The notes: generated from the letters alone by a model not told the origin. Numbered from the stretch's first letter, positions 52,781-61,999 are shown. The stretch: DNA of 64,000 nt from Roseburia sp. (GCA_014804775.1 JAAUZB010000058.1:15180-79179), one strand, 5' to 3'. Translations and numbers: made by a program.

Positions 52781-53280
52781 TAATGTCTACTGATTAAGTC
52801 CAACAAGCTGCAGTTGCCCCTTGTCCTGTATATCTGATCTACCAGTACGCGCTCTGGGAAAAGAACCATAGTGCTTGGATCAAACGGTGGTTCTTCCTGA
52901 TAACCGGGAAGACCTATGAAGTACTGCAGATGATGAGTTCTCTAAGTGCTGTTCTTAAAGGCATAGCGACAGTTGCCTGTCTTTACTTTAAAGAGCTTGG
53001 AATATTTCTTTTCAAACACATCCCATAGAATGGCATCTGCCATTTTTATCCATCGGTTGTCAGGATTCATATACAGCCCCATTGGCTAGCTGAAATCGAG
53101 AAAAGAAGACTATGACATATCAACTGGCTTGTACATGAATTTTATGCTCCTTAGAGTGGTATTTTACAGAAAACCTGCAAGAAAAATGAATCAAAAGATT
53201 TAAACCCTTGTATGTATTTTACCACTTATGAGCTATAAATTCAGTATTTTTAAGCTTTTTATGTCAATCAGCAGACACTA
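52781..53280 (-). mobile_element. Internally deleted, decayed IS5-family element (500 bp)
   Basis: Imperfect terminal IRs TAATGTCTACTGATT / AATCAGCAGACACTA; pseudo-ORF from 53136 MYKPVDMS*SSFLDFS*PMGLYMNPDNRWIKMADA...LQYFIGLPGYQEEPPFDPSTMVLF. Confidence 0.8.
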
Positions 53281-53634
53281 ATTAATTTCGTATATTCAAT
53301 TTCATAAAAAACGCAGAATTGTTTACTTGCAACATTATTTCTTCTATAGAGCAATCAAGTTGGAAATATCCGAATATTAATGTTCTAAATATTTTTATTC
53401 TATCATCTCATTTCCCATTCTAATTTCCTTTTCAAAAGCGACGACATGTCATCACTTTCTCTTTTCCCCCTTAAATTTTATGCTTTTCCATATGCTCCTT
53501 TGCTAATCTTCTCCAATTCCATTTACATATGCCAACTTGCTTCTGGAGAAATGACTTCTCTAATGAAAAAATTTTTCATCATACTATTTATATTCTTTCC
53601 GTGAAAAGTCTTAGTAAGAATATATATGCCATCA

Positions 53635-54705
53635 TTAAAAATCAGTAAAGTTGTAACCATTATGTTCCTTAAATTCCTTAAATGCTTCGAAAGAACAATT
53701 TTTCCAGAAAATTGAACATCCTCCATAACATGATCTAAAATGTTTGCATGACGAACAATAACTCGAGGGCAACTCACTTATAGAATCCATAGTGGGTTTA
53801 TATGGAGCACGTTCTATTAGCTCCTTAAATTCTTCATACGACGAAAAATCCACTCCAAATTGTCCCATTTTACTTTCAATATGCATACTACACGGTAATA
53901 AATTCATTTTTGAATCAAATGTAATACTATTTCTTTTAAAAATGTGACATGGAGCTGCTAGTCTTCCTTCTAATAACGACAGCTGTTTCTTGGTATAAAC
54001 ACACATCGGGAAGCTATATTCAACCCACCATTCTCCTCTTGTTATCATATTCAGCTTATCAATTTGTGAGATAAACGTGTCAATTAAAGTAAACGGATTG
54101 TTTTCTTCCAAGTACTTAAAATCTCTTACATCGGATTTTTCATTATCTAAAGCAAAGGTAAAAGAAAATTGTCTAGCGCCATTATCATAAGCACTTTTAA
54201 TACCTTCACAAAAAGTATTAACATTATCATGCGTCAAAACCATTGAACAGGTAAACTCTACATGTAAAGCTGACAAATTATGTATAGCTTTCATCTGCTG
54301 TGAAAAACAGTCTTGTCCTACCGTTTCATAGCATTCTTTTCCATTTCGCCCCTTTAGCGATATATCAACATAACCTACCCCCTTATCTATTATCTCTTTA
54401 CAATAGCTAAAATCTGCTAACTTTATACCATTTGTTGCTATTGTAGGCATCATTTTATGTGTTCTACTTTTTATGTATTTGATAACCTCCATAATATTAG
54501 GATATAAAGTTGGCTCTCCACCAGTTAAAACAATAAAATTTACTTTAGCGTCACTACAAAAATCAACTATTTTCCTAGTATTATCATATTCAATTAAATC
54601 ATTTTCAATATATCCTGTTTTTTTTGCATAACAAAAGTCACACCTCAAGTTGCAATTACGGGTTATTGTTATAATGCATTGATTAATATCAACCTTATTC
54701 AACAT
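53635..54705 (-). CDS. Radical SAM/SPASM enzyme (no N-terminal extension)
   Basis: CNLRCDFC, TGGEPT, ATNG; C-terminal CHIF...LLPC...CSSCKHFRSCYGGC. Confidence 0.93.
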   Translation of the reverse strand: MLNKVDINQCIITITRNCNLRCDFCYAKKTGYIENDLIEYDNTRKIVDFCSDAKVNFIVLTGGEPTLYPNIMEVIKYIKSRTHKMMPTIATNGIKLADFSYCKEIIDKGVGYVDISLKGRNGKECYETVGQDCFSQQMKAIHNLSALHVEFTCSMVLTHDNVNTFCEGIKSAYDNGARQFSFTFALDNEKSDVRDFKYLEENNPFTLIDTFISQIDKLNMITRGEWWVEYSFPMCVYTKKQLSLLEGRLAAPCHIFKRNSITFDSKMNLLPCSMHIESKMGQFGVDFSSYEEFKELIERAPYKPTMDSISELPSSYCSSCKHFRSCYGGCSIFWKNCSFEAFKEFKEHNGYNFTDF

Positions 54706-54828
54706 TATCCTCCTTAAAAATACTTAATATACATTGACTTAGACAATTAAATTCCTCGAAAAAGTAGAACTCAATTGTAAAATTCCAACTAAGAACGTCA
54801 ACCGGTGACAATCTTTCATCTTATCTTT

Positions 54829-57159
54829 TTAAATATCTAGATTCCATAGCGAGGATTGCTTGTTATGAAAAACCTGTTCTGGCATACCTTGTGCAGCTAT
54901 TTTTCCGCCTTCTTCTCCGCCAACCATTCCAAAATCTATTATATAATCAGAAATTTTTGAAATGAATTCAATATTATGTTCCACAATTATTACCGTTTCC
55001 TGATTTTCTTTCAAAGAAATCAATATATTTTCAAATTTTCTAACATCCAAATCATTAAGACCAGAAGTAGGTTCATCTAGAATATATAAATTATGTCCTC
55101 CCGAAGAAACTCCTAATGCTTTGGCTAATTTTATACGTTGTGCCTCTCCTCCAGATAAATTCATTGACATTTGTCCAAGCTTTAAGTACCCCAGTCCTAA
55201 TTTAATCATGTTAGTTAATACCGAAATGACTTTCTTTGACTCAGTAAATATTTCTATTATGTCAGAAATGGGAGTATCTAATACTTCTTGTATTGTCTTT
55301 CCATTATACTTAACTGATAATATGGTTTCATTAAACCTTTTCCCCTCGCATTCAGGGCACGTGATATAGGAACTTGGTAAGTAATTCAATTCAATTTTTT
55401 GAAATCCTGTTCCCTGGCAACACTCACATCGTCCGCCTTTTACATTCATACTAAATGATGATGCATTTACTTTCATTTTTTTTGCAGCATCAGTTTTTGA
55501 AAACATTGTCCGAATCTCATCATAAATCTCTAAATATGAAACTATCGTAGATCTGGGGGTTTTTCCAATTGGAGCTTGATTAACCTTTATCACTCGTTTT
55601 ATTGAACCCACACCACTAAAAGACTCACTATAAATATTAGATTTTCTTTCAAAACACTTTGAAATAACCAATGCAAGTGTGGATTTACCAGATCCCGAAA
55701 CTCCTGTAATACATGTTATTCCCCCTATGGGAAATCGAACACTTTGATTTTTTATGTTTCTAAAATTAATATTCGTAATCTCAAAATATTGTTCCAAAGT
55801 TCGATCAGCGTTAAAAGAAAGATTATACCGGTAATTGGAAGGTTTATTTTTAGAACTAATAATATAACCTCCTTTTGGTCCTCCAACAGGTCCTAATTCT
55901 ACAATGTTATCCGCTGAAGAAATATATTGCTTATTGTGCTCTATTGCAATAACAGTGTTGCCTTTATTAATAAGATCACGTGTCGCTTTTATTATATTTG
56001 TAATATCTCTATAATGTAAACCTTTGCACGGTTCATCTAGTATATAAATTAAGCCTTTAAGAGGGCATGTAAGCTGTGTTGCAATACGTACACGTTGTCT
56101 TTCACCTCCTGAAAGTGATGGAATTGTCCTATTCAAGCATAAATATCCTAAATTCAACTGAATCATTGAACTAATTTTACAAAACATACTTTTTATCAAT
56201 TGTGAAACCAATTCTTTTTTTTGTTGTAAAACATTATCATAGTCAAATTCTTGCAACCAAGTATTCAACGATGTCAATTCCATACTCTCTACTTCATAAT
56301 AATTCAACCCATTTATTTTGTATTCTAAAATTTCTTTTTTTAATTTTGCACCTCCACAAACATGACAAGGAACATCTTCCATATATTTTGTATATATATT
56401 TGTTGATAATGAATTATCTAATTGAGTCACCTTTTCCATAATGGCTGAAACTGCCCCTTGAAGAAAAACATAATGCTGCTTTCTACGTTTTCCTTCTTTA
56501 TAAGAAAGTTTATACTTAATTTTTTCATTTGAATACAGCAATTGATATAATTCCTTTTTTCCCAATTCCGTAATTTTTTTATTTATATCAATTCCATAAT
56601 AGTCGCATAATGCCTGTAAATATTTCTGCTCCTTACTTTCAGGCGCCCCTTTAAAAAATAATATCGCTCCATCTTTTAATGATTTTTCTTTATCTGGCAT
56701 CAAAAGTGATTCCGAAACTACTGTTTCTACGCCAAGTCCAAAACAATTCTCACAAAATGCTTTAGGATTATTAGATGAAAATATATTCTCTGGAATATCA
56801 TTATTCTTGTCACTATTAAGCATTGAGAATAAAGACCTTAAATAATAGGAAATCTCTGTTGCAGTTCCAATTGTTGAACGCGGATTAACATTGTAATAGT
56901 TTTGAGAAATATTAAGCGAAGGACGCAAATTCTCAATAGTCCCTACCTTAGGCTTATTCATTAGCTTCTGCCCATATATATTTCCGGTCATTCCCTCAAG
57001 AAACCCTCTTTGGCTTTCAGCATAAATTGTATCAAAAACTAAGGAAGATTTTCCGCATCCTGAACATCCCGTTACACACGTAAATGCATTTAAGGGCAAT
57101 TCTAAATCAATATGTTTTAAATTATTTTCGTATGCATCTTTAATATTTATTTTTTCCAT
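54829..57159 (-). CDS. Class II UvrA-like ABC ATPase (DrrC/Ecm16-like)
   Basis: Two Walker A (GCSGCGKSS, GVSGSGKST), LSGGERQR/LSGGEAQR, LDEP x2, Zn pairs CENC/CHVC and CECC/CPEC; UvrB-binding segment absent. Confidence 0.88.
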   Translation of the reverse strand: MEKINIKDAYENNLKHIDLELPLNAFTCVTGCSGCGKSSLVFDTIYAESQRGFLEGMTGNIYGQKLMNKPKVGTIENLRPSLNISQNYYNVNPRSTIGTATEISYYLRSLFSMLNSDKNNDIPENIFSSNNPKAFCENCFGLGVETVVSESLLMPDKEKSLKDGAILFFKGAPESKEQKYLQALCDYYGIDINKKITELGKKELYQLLYSNEKIKYKLSYKEGKRRKQHYVFLQGAVSAIMEKVTQLDNSLSTNIYTKYMEDVPCHVCGGAKLKKEILEYKINGLNYYEVESMELTSLNTWLQEFDYDNVLQQKKELVSQLIKSMFCKISSMIQLNLGYLCLNRTIPSLSGGERQRVRIATQLTCPLKGLIYILDEPCKGLHYRDITNIIKATRDLINKGNTVIAIEHNKQYISSADNIVELGPVGGPKGGYIISSKNKPSNYRYNLSFNADRTLEQYFEITNINFRNIKNQSVRFPIGGITCITGVSGSGKSTLALVISKCFERKSNIYSESFSGVGSIKRVIKVNQAPIGKTPRSTIVSYLEIYDEIRTMFSKTDAAKKMKVNASSFSMNVKGGRCECCQGTGFQKIELNYLPSSYITCPECEGKRFNETILSVKYNGKTIQEVLDTPISDIIEIFTESKKVISVLTNMIKLGLGYLKLGQMSMNLSGGEAQRIKLAKALGVSSGGHNLYILDEPTSGLNDLDVRKFENILISLKENQETVIIVEHNIEFISKISDYIIDFGMVGGEEGGKIAAQGMPEQVFHNKQSSLWNLDI

Positions 57160-57191
57160 AAGCTTTGCACTCCCATTCAATAATGCTAATT

Positions 57192-58622
57192 TTAATCGAG
57201 AAACATATCTACTTTAGAATGAATCATAGAGGCTACTTTACAATGGAAATCATTTATCCTAAATGCATCACCATCATTATTTTCATTAGAATTACACATC
57301 ATACAAACGGTACAATATCCCCTGTCCTTACATTCAACACATTTAGGAAAACTGTCTCTTTTTATTTGTCTTAATTTCTGTACTTTCTTTGATGATTCCC
57401 AAATCTCTTTTATAGTCTTTTCATTTAAATTGCCCATCTTATTTGTCTGCCATCCAACACAAGGGAAAACATCTCCCTCCGCTGAAACGCAAAAATAGTA
57501 ACGACAAATAGTACAAATTGGATCTTTCGCTGTCAATAAACTTTTTTCTTTTGAAATTTCATTTAGTGAGTGGGCATATTCCTTCGTAAGCTGTTTATCA
57601 AAAGCAGTTTCCACTTCTTCCAGCGATAATCTATTCACTAGATTGGAATTAGAATGATCATATGCAGCAAAGATAACATAATCAACTGATACCGCTATAT
57701 TATTAGCATTTCCCCAATTGATTACATCAACAAAGGAGTTCTTATTCTGTTTCATTATTGGACATGAAATTTGTACTGGAATACCAGCAGAAATCAACTT
57801 TAATAAACTGTCTTTTGTTTTTTCAAAACTCCCGTTAACTTTAGTTATAGAATCGTGTACCAGCGGATCCATAGAATATAATGACGTTTGAACTGAAAGA
57901 AGTGGATTTTTCTTCATTTCAGAAACAATATCATCTGATAACAATGTTAAATTAGTAAGCACATTAACTGATAAATCTAATTCTCTGCATCTTGATAAGA
58001 AACCTAAGAAATCCTTATGTAGTAATGGTTCTCCTCCAGATATAGTAACATTAATAATGTTCATAGATCTACCTTCTTCTACAATTCTATAAAACAAATC
58101 GGCATCTATAATTTTACATTTGAATTCATGCGGAATATAGCAATGAACACATCGTTCATTACATTCATTTGCTATTTCAATATGAATACTTCTAAGGAAA
58201 TCATTTTCACTAAAAATATTTAATGAACAGTCCTCTTTCATCACAACCGTATTCTCCGGTTCATTTGTTGCGCCTTCGCATATCGTAACATTCTCGCAGT
58301 TATTGCATTGTTCAAATGTTTCCCCCCAACTTAAAAATCCTTCATCTACAAGCTGCATAAAAAATTCTACTGTATCTTGCTTTAATTCATCATATTCCAC
58401 TTCTACAAATATGTCTAATAATTGTCTAACTATATCCTCTATATTTTGAGGCTCCTTGCTCAATATGCCAAGCATTATAGCCGCAATATCCGAAACATAT
58501 TTTTCTCCTGGCATAATAGTAGTATCATTTAAAAACTGATAACCAAACATAGCATTATCTGTTATGTATCCATACTCCGCATATTGTCGAAATAGAATCT
58601 TGTCTTTTATTTTAAAATACAT
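57192..58622 (-). CDS. Radical SAM/SPASM peptide maturase with a probable PqqD-like RRE
   Basis: ~100-aa N-terminal domain ending LKQDTVEFFMQLVDEGFL; CNERCVHC; SGGEP; CTIC...VFPC...CVECKDRGYCTVCMMC...C. Confidence 0.92.
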   Translation of the reverse strand: MYFKIKDKILFRQYAEYGYITDNAMFGYQFLNDTTIMPGEKYVSDIAAIMLGILSKEPQNIEDIVRQLLDIFVEVEYDELKQDTVEFFMQLVDEGFLSWGETFEQCNNCENVTICEGATNEPENTVVMKEDCSLNIFSENDFLRSIHIEIANECNERCVHCYIPHEFKCKIIDADLFYRIVEEGRSMNIINVTISGGEPLLHKDFLGFLSRCRELDLSVNVLTNLTLLSDDIVSEMKKNPLLSVQTSLYSMDPLVHDSITKVNGSFEKTKDSLLKLISAGIPVQISCPIMKQNKNSFVDVINWGNANNIAVSVDYVIFAAYDHSNSNLVNRLSLEEVETAFDKQLTKEYAHSLNEISKEKSLLTAKDPICTICRYYFCVSAEGDVFPCVGWQTNKMGNLNEKTIKEIWESSKKVQKLRQIKRDSFPKCVECKDRGYCTVCMMCNSNENNDGDAFRINDFHCKVASMIHSKVDMFLD

Positions 58623-58776
58623 TTTTCTTATAAACCTCGTATAATAAGTGTATTCCCAATATCATTTGATGATTATTCACTTATTCTTTCTATAATTTAT
58701 TTGAATTTTATCTGTGTTAGAAAATTGTTCAAACTTTGAAATTATTATTTTTAAACAAACCCATATAGTAAAAGAA

Positions 58777-58801
58777 AGGACACAGCAAAAAGCTGTGTCC
58801 T
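58777..58801 (-). terminator. Intrinsic terminator after the precursor peptide gene
   Basis: AGGACACAGC-TTTTT-GCTGTGTCCT then TTCTTTT on the minus strand. Confidence 0.85.
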
Positions 58802-58826
58802 AGAATTAATGGCATTAATCATCAGA

Positions 58827-58928
58827 TTAAGCTTTTTTGCTACAAGGTCTACCGCAAGGTGATCCACCACCACAAACAGCAGCTCGAACTAATTTAGCAT
58901 CTAAAACAACTGGTTTACGATATTTCAT
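58827..58928 (-). CDS. Putative RiPP precursor peptide, 33 aa: MKYRKPVVLDAKLVRAAVCGGGSPCGRPCSKKA
   Basis: Manual translation; GGAAAGGAAGG RBS; own promoter and terminator; YxxP leader motif; 3 Cys in the C-terminal half; directly upstream of the RRE-rSAM. Confidence 0.88.
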   Translation of the reverse strand: MKYRKPVVLDAKLVRAAVCGGGSPCGRPCSKKA

Positions 58929-58988
58929 GTTCAATACCTTCCTTTCCATTTGTATATTGTAAATCTAACTACAAGTCCATGTAATCAT

Positions 58989-59017
58989 AGTATACTACGC
59001 AAGCAGGTAAAAGTCAA
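58989..59017 (-). promoter_or_regulatory. sigma-A promoter of the precursor/rSAM cluster
   Basis: TTGACT-17bp-TATACT. Confidence 0.8.
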
Positions 59018-59255
59018 CAATTTTTATTACGTTTTTAATACATAGAATATTCAAATATTACAATATTTCATTCCGCTTTTTTAATATATACAATATCCTT
59101 CATCACAACTTCCTCTGCACAATACCAAATGTTATTCATCACTCCAGCTCAAGCCATACACTTCTCTGCTTTAAGTTTTTCCATCACTCTCTGCTCTTCT
59201 TTCATCTGCTCTGTTAATAGCTTCATCATTTCATAGCACTCCTCGTCAACCAAAA

Positions 59256-59310
59256 GCATAGCAACTGCCATACTCCGCATTTCTTATCGTTTTAACGACC
59301 TCTCAATTTT
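59256..59310 (-). pseudogene. 3' remnant of the 104-aa element gene, with downstream flank
   Basis: Matches 62488-62541; KIERSLKR* versus KIEKSLER*. Confidence 0.75.
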
Positions 59311-59342
59311 CTTTTATGTTACCAGACTGTTGCTACAACGCC

Positions 59343-59451
59343 AAAATCTCCCGCCGATTCCTCGACGGGAGATTTTACTTTACTGATAAAGTCAGTATTA
59401 TTCAACAATAGTAGCAACCCTACCAGATCCAACTGTTCTACCACTCCCACG
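59343..59451 (-). repeat. Displaced tuf 3' end + terminator, copy 1 (att-like junction)
   Basis: 59398-59451 reads RGSGRTVGSGRVATIVE*, then hairpin AAAATCTCCCGTCGA-GGAA-TCGGCGGGAGATTTT. Confidence 0.85.
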
Positions 59452-59685
59452 AGCTCTCGGGACCAAAATCACAGTGTTTTGGTTTGATTTTTCTACTTAT
59501 TTCTCACCATATTATCTGATTTATCACTACATTTTTACTGTTGTGAAAAATTTTAGAGCCCAAATAGAGCCAACGACAAAATACAGATTTTTCCCTTAAC
59601 CACCCCTTATAAATGATATTAGCACCATGTGTCTTATATCACTAAGAGAAAATTTGATAAACATTTTATTCTCATACAACCGGAA

Positions 59686-60141
59686 TTATCGTTCCATAAT
59701 AAAATTAGTAACCTCTACATTTCCGTCCATCTCTTTGCCGTCAATTTTGAATCCGCATTTTTCAGTATAGAATTTTATATTCTGCTCTTTGTCCGAAGGT
59801 GTTACCAGCGTAATTTTCTTCCAATTGTAAAAAATTGACAGCATATACTGGAATGCTTGCGTACCTATCCCTATTCCCTGATACGTTGGAATAACACATA
59901 AGCAACCAAGATGATAATGTCCATTTCCTTTATTTTCAAAAGAAATCACTCCAACTGGAATACTATCCTTAATGATAATATATTTGGGAAATTTAAGGAT
60001 GGACAATTCCATCTGACTCTTCGTTTTTCCATAACCAGGGCATTCTCCATAGTGAACATAATCATCATAAAATGAAGAGTTATAAATATCTATTAGCAAA
60101 GTGGCATCCTCTTTAACGGCTTCTCTGTATGTCAATACCAT
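59686..60141 (-). CDS. GNAT N-acetyltransferase
   Basis: LCVIPTYQGIGIG, FYTEKCGF. Confidence 0.9.
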   Translation of the reverse strand: MVLTYREAVKEDATLLIDIYNSSFYDDYVHYGECPGYGKTKSQMELSILKFPKYIIIKDSIPVGVISFENKGNGHYHLGCLCVIPTYQGIGIGTQAFQYMLSIFYNWKKITLVTPSDKEQNIKFYTEKCGFKIDGKEMDGNVEVTNFIMER

Positions 60142-60208
60142 TTTGTTTTCACCTTTCTATTCATTCTATACTGTTTCTCCTTACCACAACAAAACGGTAG
60201 ACAGTCAA

Positions 60209-60457
60209 TCATAACTGCTTAAAATAGTCTCTTAACTCCGCTTTGCAAGTATCTTCAAGTTGCTTAATTTCAACTCCTCGAATAGCGGCTTCTAAATGAT
60301 AAAGAATAACAACACAAGTGCCTGGATATTTCTCTTTGAGCCGAAAAACCGCTTGTTTACTTCCGATTTCCGTTAATTCTTCAGCAGAATGAATACCAAC
60401 TGAGTGAAGCTTCTTTTCCATTGTCTTACCTAATCCTAAAGCTGTAACTGCTGCCAT
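60209..60457 (-). CDS. TfoX/Sxy C-terminal domain protein
   Basis: LGKTMEKKLHSVGIHSAEELTEIGS...LYHLEAAIRG; GGAGG RBS before ATG 60457. Confidence 0.8.
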   Translation of the reverse strand: MAAVTALGLGKTMEKKLHSVGIHSAEELTEIGSKQAVFRLKEKYPGTCVVILYHLEAAIRGVEIKQLEDTCKAELRDYFKQL

Positions 60458-60604
60458 ACTTTTTCCTCCTTCACTGCAATTTAAGAACACTAACACTTTA
60501 CTTTCTTTTATACTCAATATGAAATCGTTGCGCTATAAATGGGATGCCGAATAATCGCATAAAGTCTTGTTTAAAATCTCTCCTATAATCCCTAAATTGG
60601 CGTG

Positions 60605-61102
60605 TTAAAACAATATTTCAGTAAGTCCACCTACTGCCAATGCAACCACAAGACCTATCACCATACCAAAAAAACCATCAATAACGCTTTTTCGATTATT
60701 TGATCTATATTCCTTATCCATATATTCTGTTCCCGGTAATCTGCATTTTTTCCAATTTGTGAAAATCCACATATCAAGTATGAATACATCAAACCAATTT
60801 ACGACAAACCAAATAATATAGCAATTCACGAAACCGTTTATAAAATTCCTTGCCCCAGAAATATAAACCATAAGCGTTAAAACAGCAACAAACAATAAAC
60901 ACCCAGTAACTTTTTTCACAATAAGCCTTAATAAACTATCTTTTTTATCATTCACTTTGTATTCAGGGTGCAGACTAAGAAATTTCTCCTGTACAGCTGG
61001 CGCATATTCCTGTAACCAAAATTCCTTATTTACTAATACTGATCCAACAATTCCAACACCGAATATTACACATGCAATAATACATTCAATAAATAATATC
61101 AT
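60605..61102 (-). CDS. Hypothetical membrane protein
   Basis: About four hydrophobic segments; QEYAP.VQ, NWFD...D, LPGTE motifs; GGAG RBS. Confidence 0.75.
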   Translation of the reverse strand: MILFIECIIACVIFGVGIVGSVLVNKEFWLQEYAPAVQEKFLSLHPEYKVNDKKDSLLRLIVKKVTGCLLFVAVLTLMVYISGARNFINGFVNCYIIWFVVNWFDVFILDMWIFTNWKKCRLPGTEYMDKEYRSNNRKSVIDGFFGMVIGLVVALAVGGLTEILF

Positions 61103-61179
61103 ATTAAAACTCCGATCTGCCAGCTTTTGCATCATTTTTCTGATTATACCATTTTGGGCCTTCATTTACTATTCTTTTA

Positions 61180-61256
61180 TTGCGGATTGTATTATTATTT
61201 TCTTTTATCTGCTCCGACAGGCACACCCAGTCTATCCAATTTTGCACTTCCTTATC
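61180..61256 (-). pseudogene. Internal remnant of the 104-aa element gene
   Basis: DKEVQNWIDWVCLSEQIKENNNTIRN versus DKEMQNLIDWVCLSEQIKTNNNTIRN at 62678-62754. Confidence 0.85.
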
Positions 61257-61262
61257 GCTCGC

Positions 61263-61374
61263 AAAAAATCTCCCGCCGATTTCTCGACGGGAGATTGTAG
61301 TTTTACTGATAAAATCAATATTATTCAACGATCGTAGCAACACGTCCAGATCCAACAGTTCTACCACCCTCACG
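61263..61374 (-). repeat. Displaced tuf 3' end + terminator, copy 2 (att-like junction)
   Basis: 61321-61374 reads REGGRTVGSGRVATIVE* (EF-Tu C-terminus), then hairpin AATCTCCCGTCGA-GAAA-TCGGCGGGAGATTTTTT. Confidence 0.9.
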
Positions 61375-61476
61375 GTATTTGAATAGCGTTTTTTGAGGTG
61401 TTTTCTATGCTTTTTATTGCGAAAAGCAACGCAAAATCGTTGTTTTTATGTGACGTGTTTCTATTTGTATGATTTC

Positions 61477-61549
61477 TTGGCACCGTTTTGGCACCAAGAC
61501 CACCATTCTCCTTAACTGCTTTATTTACATGGTGCTAGCACCATGTAAA
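61477..61549. promoter_or_regulatory. Candidate recombinase arm-type or accessory sites
   Basis: TTGGCACC direct repeat (61477, 61488) and perfect 26-bp palindrome TTTACATGGTGCTAGCACCATGTAAA. Confidence 0.5.
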
Positions 61550-61630
61550 AAGAACATAAACAAAAAAATGTCAATTCGTTGCTCTCCACTACTCTAATCA
61601 ACAAACGGAAAATTATTAAGTTCCTTATTT

Positions 61631-61999
61631 TTAAATTTCATATAGCAAATAGGTTTCAACCGTACAATATTGCCTTATCAATTCCTTGTCTTTATTTGAA
61701 AGCTCTTGATTGGGAAAATTGGCGACCAATGAGCAAAGATAAAGGTAAACAGGACTGTACCTTTGAGAAAAACCTTCTCGTCCAAATTTGCCTTGTATAA
61801 TATCAAACTCATGCTGAATTTGACTGGTACTATTGCAGTCAGACAACCTCACCACATTATTTAAATTATTTTTACTTGTATTGTCAATGATTGATTTAGC
61901 TGTATTAACTACCACAAAAAGCCACTGGTCTAAATTCGTCAGCTTTTTGGGCTTAGCTTTCAGTTGTGCTTTTATATTGACATAAATTTCATTTTGCAT
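61631..61999 (-). CDS. Hypothetical protein (element cargo)
   Basis: ORF with GAGG RBS; no motif recognised. Confidence 0.7.
   Translation of the reverse strand: MQNEIYVNIKAQLKAKPKKLTNLDQWLFVVVNTAKSIIDNTSKNNLNNVVRLSDCNSTSQIQHEFDIIQGKFGREGFSQRYSPVYLYLCSLVANFPNQELSNKDKELIRQYCTVETYLLYEI

Noticed and set aside
53523-53777. 84-aa ORF overlapping the rSAM 3' end
   Set aside because: Alternate-frame overlap with no RBS or motif.
54829-57159. Calling this the housekeeping uvrA
   Set aside because: Too short, lacks the UvrB-binding domain, no uvrB nearby, and lies in AT-rich cargo.
61104-61373. 89-aa ORF in the track
   Set aside because: Chance chimera running through the tuf fragment (off-frame), the terminator and the 104-aa gene remnant.
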